The translations under genes and the position numbers were made by a program. The notes beneath the pieces are model-generated. The model worked only from the letters and a program-made list of their open reading frames with translations, made no database searches and was not told the DNA's origin. From NCBI GenBank assembly GCA_041687695.1, contig JAWLBL010000023.1, positions 91,840-155,839 of the forward strand: 64,000 bases of DNA, given 5' to 3'. Below are positions 1 through 8,897 of the stretch, piece by piece. Position 1 is the stretch's first letter. Each line of letters starts with the position of its first letter. The DNA comes from Myxococcota bacterium. GTDB taxonomy: Bacteria; Myxococcota_A; UBA9042; PHBI01; JAWLBL01.

Positions 1-2
1 GC

Positions 3-332
3 TTTCGAAAGTGCGGTCTCGAACGCGACACCCAGAGCGCTCAGGAGCGGTTTCTGGTGGTGTATGCGGTGGGAATCGATACGCGATTCCAGGGGTCGCC
101 CAATCCCTCGGGGCGCGGCTCGACCTACGCGGTCACGCTGTTCCGACTGATCGAGCGCGTGGCCCTGGATGCGAAGACCTGCGTCGGTCTGTACCTGTGG
201 GTGCGTTCCGACAATGACCGCGCCGTGCGCTTCTACACGAAGCTCGGCTTCACAGCGGACCCCGGTGGGCCTGTGTCACGTGACGAGGGGGCGCAGCACC
301 TCACGATGCGCAAGCTGCTGCGAACGCGCTGA
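3..332 (+). CDS. GNAT-family acetyltransferase (5' truncated by window edge)
   Basis: Frame is open from base 3. VYAVGIDTRFQG and LWVRSDNDRAVRFYTKLGF match GNAT motifs A/B. Confidence 0.75.
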   Translation, partial: FRKCGLERDTQSAQERFLVVYAVGIDTRFQGSPNPSGRGSTYAVTLFRLIERVALDAKTCVGLYLWVRSDNDRAVRFYTKLGFTADPGGPVSRDEGAQHLTMRKLLRTR

Positions 333-383
333 TGGCCTCGAACCTAGCCTGCATTTCTCGAAATGCAGGCTAGCCGCTTCACG

Positions 384-740
384 TCAGAGCAACGGCAGCG
401 AGCTTGCGTCGTCCTCATCGTCCTCGCCCGGCGCGATTCCTCCAGAACGATTCGCAGTCTCCAGCAGCTCCATACGCTGCTTGACGGCCAGGACGGCTTC
501 GAGCGGGAACCGCCAATGGCCACCGCGGGTTTGATAGGCTCCCGGGAAGTGTCCCCCCTGAAGCCAGTTCTTGACCGTATTGGGCGACGCCACACCGAGG
601 AGCTTGGCAGCCTGCGAACTCGTAAGGACCTGCCCCCTCTGTTTCAGGTGTCGCGTCAATGACTCCGCGAGATCACGGCGCCCCGCGTTGACGAGGGTCG
701 CGTTGACCTCTTCCAGGAGTTGCTGGGGGAGTGCCGTCAT
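384..740 (-). CDS. Excisionase/MerR-like (HTH_17-type) DNA-binding protein
   Basis: LTSSQAAKLLGVASPNTVKNW...GGHWRF pattern; acidic tail; GGAG upstream of the ATG. Confidence 0.8.
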   Translation of the reverse strand: MTALPQQLLEEVNATLVNAGRRDLAESLTRHLKQRGQVLTSSQAAKLLGVASPNTVKNWLQGGHFPGAYQTRGGHWRFPLEAVLAVKQRMELLETANRSGGIAPGEDDEDDASSLPLL

Positions 741-785
741 CTGAGTCTCCTGAGATCATGGCGCAGCCTCGCCAGGTCGTCTCGA

Positions 786-814
786 ATGCTAAGCGCAATC
801 GTCAAAACCGTCAA
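786..814 (-). promoter_or_regulatory. Putative sigma70 promoter of the HTH gene
   Basis: Minus strand reads TTGACG-17 bp-TAGCAT, about 45 bp upstream of the ATG at 740. Confidence 0.6.
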
Positions 815-893
815 CGGCGTGGTGGATGGCGATGGTCCTGCGCCGTTGCAGGTCGATTGGACTGGGGGCGGATTGGGGCGAAGTCGAACGACC

Positions 894-1799
894 CTACAGC
901 GGCCCCAGCTCGGCGCCGAGGTAGCCCAGGTAGCGCTCGACGACGGCGCCCGGGTCGCGCCCCAGGGCGGGGATGTCCAGGTGCGACGGGAACTCGCCCA
1001 GCGTCTGCACGAGCTGCAGCGCCGTGGTCAGCCGGATGGCCTCGTCGTCGATGGGCTCGCCGTAGCCCGCCGCCATCGCGGCCCACAGCGCGTCGAAGCC
1101 GCCCACGGCGCGCTGGTGCACGCGGGGCGTCGCCAGGTCGAGCAGAGGCGGGCCGAAGACGCTGTCGTCGAAGTCCAGGCAGCGCCACCCGCTGGCGGTG
1201 ACCAGCACGTTGCCGACGTGGAGGTCGGCGTGCACGAAGGCTGGCGCGCCCAGCGGGCAACCCGCGAGGCGGCGCACCAGGCGGTCGACGCCGCGCCCCA
1301 GGCGGGCGTGCTGCTCGGCGCCGACGAAGCTCGCGTCGGACAGGGCGCCGAGCGTGGCCGTGACGATCGACTCGGGGGTGGTCCGCGGACGATCGTGTCC
1401 GGGCCAGTCGGCCATCACGGCGGCCTCCACGCGACGCACGGCCCGCCGGAGCCCGCCGATGAGCCGCCCCAGCTCGAAGGCGTGCGCCGGGTCCCGCGGG
1501 TCGGGGTGCGCGCCCTCCACCCACTCCATCGCCACGGCCCAGCGCGGCCCCGCGGGCGACTCCACCGTCGCGACCAGCGCGCCGCCGACCGTCCGCAGCG
1601 GTCGCGCGGTCGGCACCTCGTCGGCCAGCGCCTCGACCCACGCCCACTCGGCCTCGATCTCGCCTAGCGTCCGCCGCCCCGGCCGATACAGCCGCACCGC
1701 CCGCGGCCCCTCGGGCGCCTCGACCCGCCACGTGACGTTCTCGCCCTCGTGGACCACGCGCGCCACGCTCTCGGCCGGCCAGCCCCAGACCTCGTTCAC
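894..1799 (-). CDS. APH/homoserine kinase type II-like phosphotransferase
   Basis: GENVTWRV, HADLHVGNVL (Brenner motif) and LDFDD. GTG start overlaps the upstream stop (GTGA). Confidence 0.85.
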   Translation of the reverse strand: MNEVWGWPAESVARVVHEGENVTWRVEAPEGPRAVRLYRPGRRTLGEIEAEWAWVEALADEVPTARPLRTVGGALVATVESPAGPRWAVAMEWVEGAHPDPRDPAHAFELGRLIGGLRRAVRRVEAAVMADWPGHDRPRTTPESIVTATLGALSDASFVGAEQHARLGRGVDRLVRRLAGCPLGAPAFVHADLHVGNVLVTASGWRCLDFDDSVFGPPLLDLATPRVHQRAVGGFDALWAAMAAGYGEPIDDEAIRLTTALQLVQTLGEFPSHLDIPALGRDPGAVVERYLGYLGAELGPL

Positions 1800-4700
1800 G
1801 CCGCCTCCGCGCGGCCGGCCACCTTCGCCAACACCCCCTCGACGAACGCCGCCGCCGCCGGCGCCCCGAACGGCGCCTCGGCCGCCCCCCGATGCACCGC
1901 CAGCGCCCGCTCCACGATGTCGGCCGCCGCCAAGGCCGGCCGCGGGTCCACGAAGCCGGCCTCCTCGAGGTGGGCCTGCAGCTGCTGCGCCGACGCCGAC
2001 CGGAAGCGGGGTAGGGCGGCGACCTGCGCGCAGAAGGCCGCCGCGTCCTGGCCGTGCTCGTCCAGCAGCGCCCGCACGCGCTCTTCGAACGCCCCGCTCA
2101 CCGCGCCGCTCGCCTGCACGTCCTCCCAGGTCACCGCTCGCCCGCGCCCGACCCGCAGCCCGTCCAGGCACGCTTCCAGCAGCCGCGCCCTCGCCTCGAC
2201 CCGCGCCACCGCCTCGGCCGCCATCCCCAACGCGTCCGGCGCCGCGCGCATCGCCTCGCGCCACGGCCCCAGCCGCTCGACCCCACGCTGCACGCACCGA
2301 TGCAGCGCCGGCAGGTCGTCGTACAGCACGTGGATGAGGTGCCAGTCCGCCGCCGGCGCCCGCCAGTCCGGCGCCTCGATCCCCAGCCGCCGCGCGTAGG
2401 CGTCCACGTCGTCGCCGTCCTCGGGTGCGGGCACCTCGCGCGCCGGCGCCGGCGCCACCTTCAGCCCCTGGCCCCACGCCGCCCCGCGCCCCGTCCGCAG
2501 CGCCAGATCCACCACGTGCGGCCGCGCGTGCCCCAGCGCCTCGCACGCGGCCACCCACTGCGCCACCTCGCCCGCGTCCGCCGTGAAGTACAGGATCTGC
2601 CGCCCCGCGCCCGCCAGCTGCAGCAGCGCCCCGGCCACCGCCAGAAACCGCGCCTCGTCGGTCGTCGACAGCAGCTCGTCCAGGCAAAGCGGCAGCGGCC
2701 CGCTGGCCGCCTCCTGCGCCTCGACCGCCGCCAGCCGCGCCGCCAGCAGCAGCTGCACCCGCGTCGCGTCCGACAGCTGCGCCAGCTCGCGCGCCTGCCC
2801 GCTGCGCGTCTCCACCGCCAGGAACCGCCCCCCGTCGCTGGCCGTGTCCACCTCGAGCCGCCACCCGTGCTGCGTGAACGCCCCGAACCACGCCCGCGCC
2901 CGCGCCAGCACCCGCGGCGCGCCCTCCGCCCCCTGCGCGTCCCGCGCCTCCTCCAGCACCAGCCGCGCCAGCGCGCCCGACAGCCGCTCGTCCCGCGCCT
3001 GCCGCAGCCCGGCCTCGGCCTCCGCCAGCTCCGCCCGCGCGTCCTCCAGCGCCCGCCCGCGCGTCGCCGCCTCGACCTGCGCCTCGATCTCGGCCACCCG
3101 CCCCACCAGCGCCTCGTACTCGCCCGCCTCGCGCTCCAGCGCCGCCGCCCACGCCTCGGCCTCGGCCTCGCTCATCCCCAGCGGGTCCGCCGGCGCCCCG
3201 CGCCCCTCGGCCAGCCGCCCGACCTCGGTCTCCAGCCGCCCGACCTGCCCCCGGCACGCCTCCACCTCGGCCAGCAGCCGCCGCCGCCGCTCGCCCGCCG
3301 CCACCAGCGCCTCGAGCCCCGCCCGGTCCCCCGCCTCGAGCCCCGCCCGCTCCCACACCGCCGCCAGCGCCTTCGCCCCGTCGATGGACCGCCGCCGACT
3401 CGCCAGCCGCCGCTGCTCCAGCTCGTCCCGCTGCGCCCGCAGCCCCTTGAACGCCCCGGCCCGCTCGCGCACGGCCGCCACGTCGCCCGCCAGGTCCTCG
3501 TCCCGCTCCGACGCGGCCACCCCCAGCTCGCCCAGCCACGCCCGCAGCGCCCCCGCCGCCTCGCCGACCTGCGCCGACAGCGCCTCGACCCGCGCCCGCG
3601 CCGCCGCCCGCTCACCCCGCGCCTCGAGCCACCGCGCCACCGCCCGCGCCTGCGCCGCCACCGTCGCCCCGGCCAGCCGCTCGCTCAACCCCACGGCCCG
3701 CACCCGCGCCGCCAGCTGCGCCTCGAAGTGCTGCACCTCGCGCTCGGCCGCCGCCGCCGCCCGCTCAGCCTCGGCCCCGCGCGTCCGCACCACGTCCTGC
3801 TCGCGCAGCCGGTCCAGCCGCCGCTCCAGCTCGCGCAGCCGCCCGGTCGCCGGCTCCACCTCCCACGCCTCGGGCGCGCACCCGACCCGCCGCGCCTCGT
3901 CGGCGAAGGTCGTCCGCCCGTCCTCTGGCGGCCGCCACAGCGCGACGGCCACCAGCAGCGCCACGCCCGCCCCGGCCGCCAACCCGCCGAGCAGCGCCAG
4001 CACCACCGAGGCCGCCACGATCCCCAGCAGCGACAGCGCCGCGCCGCCCCCGACCAGCGCCCCCGGCAGCCACTCGGGCCCCGGCACGGGCCGCCGCGTC
4101 TCGGGCGCTGGCGTCCGCAGCCACCCGCGCAGCGCCTCGACCCCCGCGCGCAGCGCCGCCTCGTCGACCTGCTCGCCCTGCTCGGCCACGCTCGCCCAGG
4201 CCTCGGCGACCCGCCGGCAGGCCTCGCGCTGGCCCTGCCGCGCCCGCATCGCCTGCAGCTCGGCCTCCAGCGCGTCCAGCGCGCCCTCCGTCAGCCCGCT
4301 CCCGACCTCCGGGCCCAGCGCTGAGGCGGCCGCCTCGGGTGCCCACACGTCGCCTCGCGCGCTCCGCTCGCGCGCCTCGGCCTCGACCAGCCGCTCGCGC
4401 GCCACCCGCAGGTCGCGCAGGTCCTCGCCCAGCTCGCCGGCCAGCGCCCCCCAGCGGCGCAGATCGTCGTCCGCGGGCGGCGCCCGCAGAAACCGCAGCC
4501 GCCCCAGCGCCATCGCGTTGCGCTCCAGCGTCCGCCCGACCTCGGCCAGCTCCTCCTGGGCCTTGCCGGCCTCGACCTCGAGCTCCTCGAGCCGCTCCAG
4601 CTCGCCGCCCGTCAGCCGCTCGGCCGCCTCGGGCAGGCCGCTCAGCGCCGCCTCCAGCCCGGCCAGCGCCGTCCGCGCCCGCGCCAGATCCAGCGCCTGC

Positions 4701-5284
4701 TCGGCCAGCCGCCGCGCGCGCCTCGCCTCGTCGGCCGCGTCCCGCTGGCGCCGCAGCGCCGTCAGCGTCTCCTCCAGCCCGGCCAGCTCCTCCTGCGCGG
4801 CCTCGGCCTCGCCGAGCTTCCGCCGCGCCTCGGCGCGCTGCCGCGTCCACCCGCCCGGCGGCTGCGTCGACCCGTTGAACCGCCCCAGCGCCGCCTCGAG
4901 ATCGAAGCCGCCCGCCAGCTCGACGGCGAGCTGCCGCGCGATGGCCTCGTCGGCCCGCCCCGGCCTCAGCAGATCGACCAGCCCCAGCGCGTACTGCGAC
5001 GCCGCCTCGGCCGGCGGCAGCGTCGGCCGCCCCGGCTCCCATTGCACGCGCCCGTGGGCCAGCGCCGCCCGCACCTGGCGCCCGCCGGCCTCGAAGGTCG
5101 CCGCCGCCATCGTCCGCCCGTCGCCCGCCGCCTCCCACAGCAGCGCCCGCACCGCCCGGCTCAGCGTCGACTTGCCGGACGCGTTGGGACCCACCAGCAC
5201 GTTCAGCCCCGGCGCCAGGGTCAGCCTGGGCAGCCCGCCCGGCAGCCCGGGCGCCTCACGCAGCGTCAGCTCGCGCAGCCGCAT
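1796..5284 (-). CDS. SMC/Rad50-like (YhaN/SbcC-type) coiled-coil ATPase
   Basis: Walker A GPNASGKST, long coiled coils, degenerate signature LSDATRVQL, Walker B LCLDE, central hydrophobic segment. Start overlaps the upstream stop (TGATG). Confidence 0.85.
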   Translation of the reverse strand: MRLRELTLREAPGLPGGLPRLTLAPGLNVLVGPNASGKSTLSRAVRALLWEAAGDGRTMAAATFEAGGRQVRAALAHGRVQWEPGRPTLPPAEAASQYALGLVDLLRPGRADEAIARQLAVELAGGFDLEAALGRFNGSTQPPGGWTRQRAEARRKLGEAEAAQEELAGLEETLTALRRQRDAADEARRARRLAEQALDLARARTALAGLEAALSGLPEAAERLTGGELERLEELEVEAGKAQEELAEVGRTLERNAMALGRLRFLRAPPADDDLRRWGALAGELGEDLRDLRVARERLVEAEARERSARGDVWAPEAAASALGPEVGSGLTEGALDALEAELQAMRARQGQREACRRVAEAWASVAEQGEQVDEAALRAGVEALRGWLRTPAPETRRPVPGPEWLPGALVGGGAALSLLGIVAASVVLALLGGLAAGAGVALLVAVALWRPPEDGRTTFADEARRVGCAPEAWEVEPATGRLRELERRLDRLREQDVVRTRGAEAERAAAAAEREVQHFEAQLAARVRAVGLSERLAGATVAAQARAVARWLEARGERAAARARVEALSAQVGEAAGALRAWLGELGVAASERDEDLAGDVAAVRERAGAFKGLRAQRDELEQRRLASRRRSIDGAKALAAVWERAGLEAGDRAGLEALVAAGERRRRLLAEVEACRGQVGRLETEVGRLAEGRGAPADPLGMSEAEAEAWAAALEREAGEYEALVGRVAEIEAQVEAATRGRALEDARAELAEAEAGLRQARDERLSGALARLVLEEARDAQGAEGAPRVLARARAWFGAFTQHGWRLEVDTASDGGRFLAVETRSGQARELAQLSDATRVQLLLAARLAAVEAQEAASGPLPLCLDELLSTTDEARFLAVAGALLQLAGAGRQILYFTADAGEVAQWVAACEALGHARPHVVDLALRTGRGAAWGQGLKVAPAPAREVPAPEDGDDVDAYARRLGIEAPDWRAPAADWHLIHVLYDDLPALHRCVQRGVERLGPWREAMRAAPDALGMAAEAVARVEARARLLEACLDGLRVGRGRAVTWEDVQASGAVSGAFEERVRALLDEHGQDAAAFCAQVAALPRFRSASAQQLQAHLEEAGFVDPRPALAAADIVERALAVHRGAAEAPFGAPAAAAFVEGVLAKVAGRAEAA

Positions 5285-6555
5285 CAGGCCACCTCCTCGC
5301 CGGCCCGCTGCTCGATCAAGGCCTCGAGCGCCCGCCACGCCGCCCCCGTCAGCGCCGCCCGCAGGTCCGGCCCGGGCCCCAGCTCGCCCCACTTGCCCCC
5401 GCCCAGGCGCTCGGCGGCCTCGGAGGCCCGCCCCAGCAGGTCGCCGCCCTCACCGCGTTGCAGCGCCACCAGCCGCGCCGCGATGCGCCCGGCCGGCGTC
5501 GGCTGCGCCGCCAGCGCCTCCAGGTCGACCACCGGCCGCGTCTCGTCCACGACCCGCTCGATGATCCAGGGCCGCCCCACGTCCAGCACGCGCTCGCCGC
5601 CCTCGCAGTCCTGCGCGAAGCGCCGCACCGCCGCCCGCGCTCGCAGCCGCCCGGTCAGCCGCACCCGGGCCACCACGCAGCGCAGCCGCGGGTCGTCGAA
5701 GGTCGCCTCGGCGCCCACCCGCCGGAAGGCCTCATGCACGCGCACCTGAACGTCCTCGGCCTCGACGAAGTCGTCGTCCAGCGCCACCTCGACCGCCTCC
5801 CAGCGCACCGGCGCCAGCGGCACCTGCCGCGCCTGCACCCGCCCGCCCGCGACCCGCACCTCCCACGGCCCGCGCGCGCCGGTCTCGCCCGCGTCCAGCC
5901 CGACCAGCGACCCCAGATAACCCATTGGCCGCGCCGCCAAATCGTCGGGTCGGTGGATGTGTCCAAGAAAGAACGCCCCGGCGCCGCAGGCCTCCATCCG
6001 CTCGCGGCGAATCGGCGCGTATTTCGACTTGCTGGCGCCCAGCTCTCCGTGCACCACGCCCACGAGCGTCGCCTCGGCCCGCCGGCCCGCCAGCGCCGCG
6101 GCCAGGGACGCATGCTCGAACGGGTCCTGCCGGTACTCGGCCCGCGGGAAAGACCACCCCATGAGATCGATCGGCGCCCCGTCCCCCGGCACCGCGACCC
6201 GCTCCCACGTCCCGCCGTCCCCCAGCAGCGTGAACCCTTCGATGCGCTGCGACAGGCGTGGAAGCACGACCCCGTCGTGGTTGCCCGCCACCCCGAACAC
6301 GGCCACGCCGGCCTCGACCAGCCGCCGCACCCCCCGCTCGAGGTGGCCATAAGCCTCGAACCGGTCCTTGTCGGCGTCGACCACGTCGCCCGCCAACACC
6401 ACCGCCCGCGCCCCAGCCTCGACCGCGTGCTCGACCGTCGCCCGCCACCCGGCCGCCGGCGACAGCGCGTGCGCCGTCAACCCCACCTGCTCCAGCGCCG
6501 CCCCCAGCCGCGCCGGCCTCCGCCCCAGGTGCATGTCCCCTACGAACAGCAGCAT
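5284..6555 (-). CDS. Mre11/SbcD-like (YhaO-type) metallophosphoesterase nuclease
   Basis: GDMHLG, LAGDVVD, GNHD, VVHG and LGHIH motifs. Confidence 0.9.
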   Translation of the reverse strand: MLLFVGDMHLGRRPARLGAALEQVGLTAHALSPAAGWRATVEHAVEAGARAVVLAGDVVDADKDRFEAYGHLERGVRRLVEAGVAVFGVAGNHDGVVLPRLSQRIEGFTLLGDGGTWERVAVPGDGAPIDLMGWSFPRAEYRQDPFEHASLAAALAGRRAEATLVGVVHGELGASKSKYAPIRRERMEACGAGAFFLGHIHRPDDLAARPMGYLGSLVGLDAGETGARGPWEVRVAGGRVQARQVPLAPVRWEAVEVALDDDFVEAEDVQVRVHEAFRRVGAEATFDDPRLRCVVARVRLTGRLRARAAVRRFAQDCEGGERVLDVGRPWIIERVVDETRPVVDLEALAAQPTPAGRIAARLVALQRGEGGDLLGRASEAAERLGGGKWGELGPGPDLRAALTGAAWRALEALIEQRAGEEVA

Positions 6556-6811
6556 CTCGCGCCCCCAAGCCACGGGCGCACCCTGCCACGCCCGCCGGCC
6601 GTTGAAAAGGCCATCGCGGCGGGCGACGTCGCGGTGAGCCGCCGAGCTGGGGTCGCTCGGCTGACCGACGAAGGGGCGCATCGGCGGGCTTGCGGATCAC
6701 CGACGAGAGGCGCAACATGGCCTCGAACGGTGCGATCGCACCCTCCGTTGGCCCTGGGCGCGAAACGTCGAACATCAAATCCGTCGCAAGTGCACATCGA
6801 GAGGTGATTGC

Positions 6812-7060
6812 GTGGCTGTCAAATTCGAGTATTACGACGACTGGCAGGGGCAGCCGCTGTCCTGCTCGTGCGGCTGGACGGGCGTCCTGGACGACGACGG
6901 GACCGAGCTGTACGACGCGCTGATGGATTACAAGTGCCCGCGCTGCGAGCGCGTGCTGGCCATCATCATGTACCCGACCGATCAGGACATCCACGAGACG
7001 GCGGCCAAGGGGCACCCGCAGGCCCTGGCGCAGCTGGCGCGGATGCGCGGCGGGGGCTGA
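6812..7060 (+). CDS. Small hypothetical protein, putative Zn-ribbon
   Basis: CSCGW and CPRC pairs; GAGG RBS; typical GC3 codon bias. Confidence 0.65.
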   Translation: MAVKFEYYDDWQGQPLSCSCGWTGVLDDDGTELYDALMDYKCPRCERVLAIIMYPTDQDIHETAAKGHPQALAQLARMRGGG

Positions 7061-7170
7061 GGCGCGGCGGGCCACGCACGAGCCTCCTCTGCACGGCAGT
7101 CCGCCCTTTGCCGTTGACAGTTTCCCCGGGTTTGGCGGTCCATGAACCGGGACTCGGCCGGGAGGGGGAC

Positions 7171-8751
7171 ATGAGGACGGTTCACATCGAGGCCAAGCGC
7201 CGTGGCGCGCCTCAGACGCTCGATGCGTTGCGGGCGGCCGTCGCAGGGGCCGCGGGGCTCGAGCTGACCGCGGCGGACGCGGCCACCCGCTCGGGCGTGC
7301 CGCTGGACGAGGCCGAGCCCGGGCTGCTGCAGCTCGCGCGCGAGTGGCCGTGCCGTCTGCGGGTGACCGACTCGGGCGCGCTGCTCTTTCGCTTCGACCC
7401 CGTGCCGCCGCGGCCGGGTTGGCCCGCGCGCGTCCTGACGGCCACTGCGACGGCCTTGCGACGCCTGAGGGATCCGGGCATGGCCTTCCTGACGCTCCTT
7501 GTCACTCCGCCGCTCCTGTTCGGCACGGCGGGCAACGTCTTCGCGAACTTCGGCGGCGACTATCCCGGGTCCGGCGTGGCGACCGTCGCGTTCGGCCTCC
7601 CCTGGTTGGCCATCGCCCTGGTCGCCGGGCTGGCCGGCGTCCTGACCCTGGTGACGTTTCACGTCCTGCTGCTCGGGGGCGCCGGGATGCTGGCCGCGGC
7701 GGCCGCCCTGCTGGGCTCCCTCGTCCTCGAACCGAGCCGGCTCCTCGCGCCGTCCGCGTTGGGATATCTGGCGCTGGTGGCCGGGCTCGGCAGCCTCGGA
7801 TGGTTCTTCACCCGGCTCACCTGGAGGCAGTACCGCGAGGCCTGCCTCCCCGGCCAGGAGTCCGCCGTGCGCGATCTCTGGCGCCTGGTCGGGCGGCTGC
7901 TCCTCGGGCCGCCCCGCGCGAACCCGGACCCGTTCGAGGACGAGCGGCGCCTGATGGCCCTCATCCGTGCCCGCGGCGGCGTCGTCACCCAGGTCGATCT
8001 GATGGCGCTGTTCGGCTGGACCCCCGACGAGGCCGACCGCGAGGTCACGCGGGTGCTCGTCGACCACGGCGGCGACCTGACGGTCAGCGACGACGGCGCC
8101 GTCCTCTACGTGTTCGACGACCTGCTGCGTTCGGCCCAGCAGGCTCCCGCTCCAGCGCCACCTTGGATCTACGAGGCGCCGCCAAGGCCTCCCGCGCTCG
8201 TCGGCGTGCACGGCCGCGTGCTCGCGTTCCTCGGCGTCATCGCGGGGTCCAGCGTCACCGGTCTTGCGGCGATGCCCCAGCTGGCCGTGCTTCCCTTCCC
8301 GGTCGACTTCGCGCGCCTCGATGGAGGCCGGGCCCTGGGGCTGCCGCTGACTCTGCTGCAAGGGTTCGGCGCCTGGCCGCTGCTCGCGGTCGCGTCGGCC
8401 ATCGCCCTGCGCCTGCCCGCCTGGGCCGTCCGCCGCCGGCGCTTCGCGCTTTGGGCGCGTAGGCTGCCGGTCATCCGCGCCGCGCACGGCGCCACCGAGG
8501 ACGGCGAGTCGTTGGATGGCATCGACGCGGAGCTGTTGGTCCGCTTCGGAGGAGAGCGGGTCAGCGTCGATCTCGTGGGCTCCGCCGCGCCTCGCGTGGT
8601 CTTCCCCGAGCACGCGCGGGCGCAGGCGGCCGCCGAAGCGCTGCGCGCCGCACGCGCCATGGTGCGGCCGGACCACGAGGCCGTGACCTTCGACACCGAG
8701 GACGAGGCGACCTGGGGCCGCGGCGAGCCTGCGAGCCAGTCGGCCTCGTAA
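7171..8751 (+). CDS. Membrane protein with duplicated soluble domain, resembling the cyanobacterial/plastid At5g03900-type family
   Basis: GGAGGGG RBS. Two similar segments (...LRVTDSGALLFRF and ...LTVSDDGAVLYVF) flank several TM helices. Confidence 0.6.
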   Translation: MRTVHIEAKRRGAPQTLDALRAAVAGAAGLELTAADAATRSGVPLDEAEPGLLQLAREWPCRLRVTDSGALLFRFDPVPPRPGWPARVLTATATALRRLRDPGMAFLTLLVTPPLLFGTAGNVFANFGGDYPGSGVATVAFGLPWLAIALVAGLAGVLTLVTFHVLLLGGAGMLAAAAALLGSLVLEPSRLLAPSALGYLALVAGLGSLGWFFTRLTWRQYREACLPGQESAVRDLWRLVGRLLLGPPRANPDPFEDERRLMALIRARGGVVTQVDLMALFGWTPDEADREVTRVLVDHGGDLTVSDDGAVLYVFDDLLRSAQQAPAPAPPWIYEAPPRPPALVGVHGRVLAFLGVIAGSSVTGLAAMPQLAVLPFPVDFARLDGGRALGLPLTLLQGFGAWPLLAVASAIALRLPAWAVRRRRFALWARRLPVIRAAHGATEDGESLDGIDAELLVRFGGERVSVDLVGSAAPRVVFPEHARAQAAAEALRAARAMVRPDHEAVTFDTEDEATWGRGEPASQSAS

Positions 8752-8897
8752 GGCCCACCAACGACGCGGCGCTCCGGGTCGTCCCCGCTTCGGCGGTGCG
8801 TGGTCGGCTGGCCGTGACATCAGCGCCTCGTGCGCGGTTGGCAGCCGCCGCGGAACGTGGACAATGGGCGGACCGCTCAACCCGTGGGGACGCTCCG

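Noticed and set aside
894..1799. Aminoglycoside resistance gene
   Set aside because: Only the general APH/kinase fold motifs are visible; nothing indicates antibiotic specificity.
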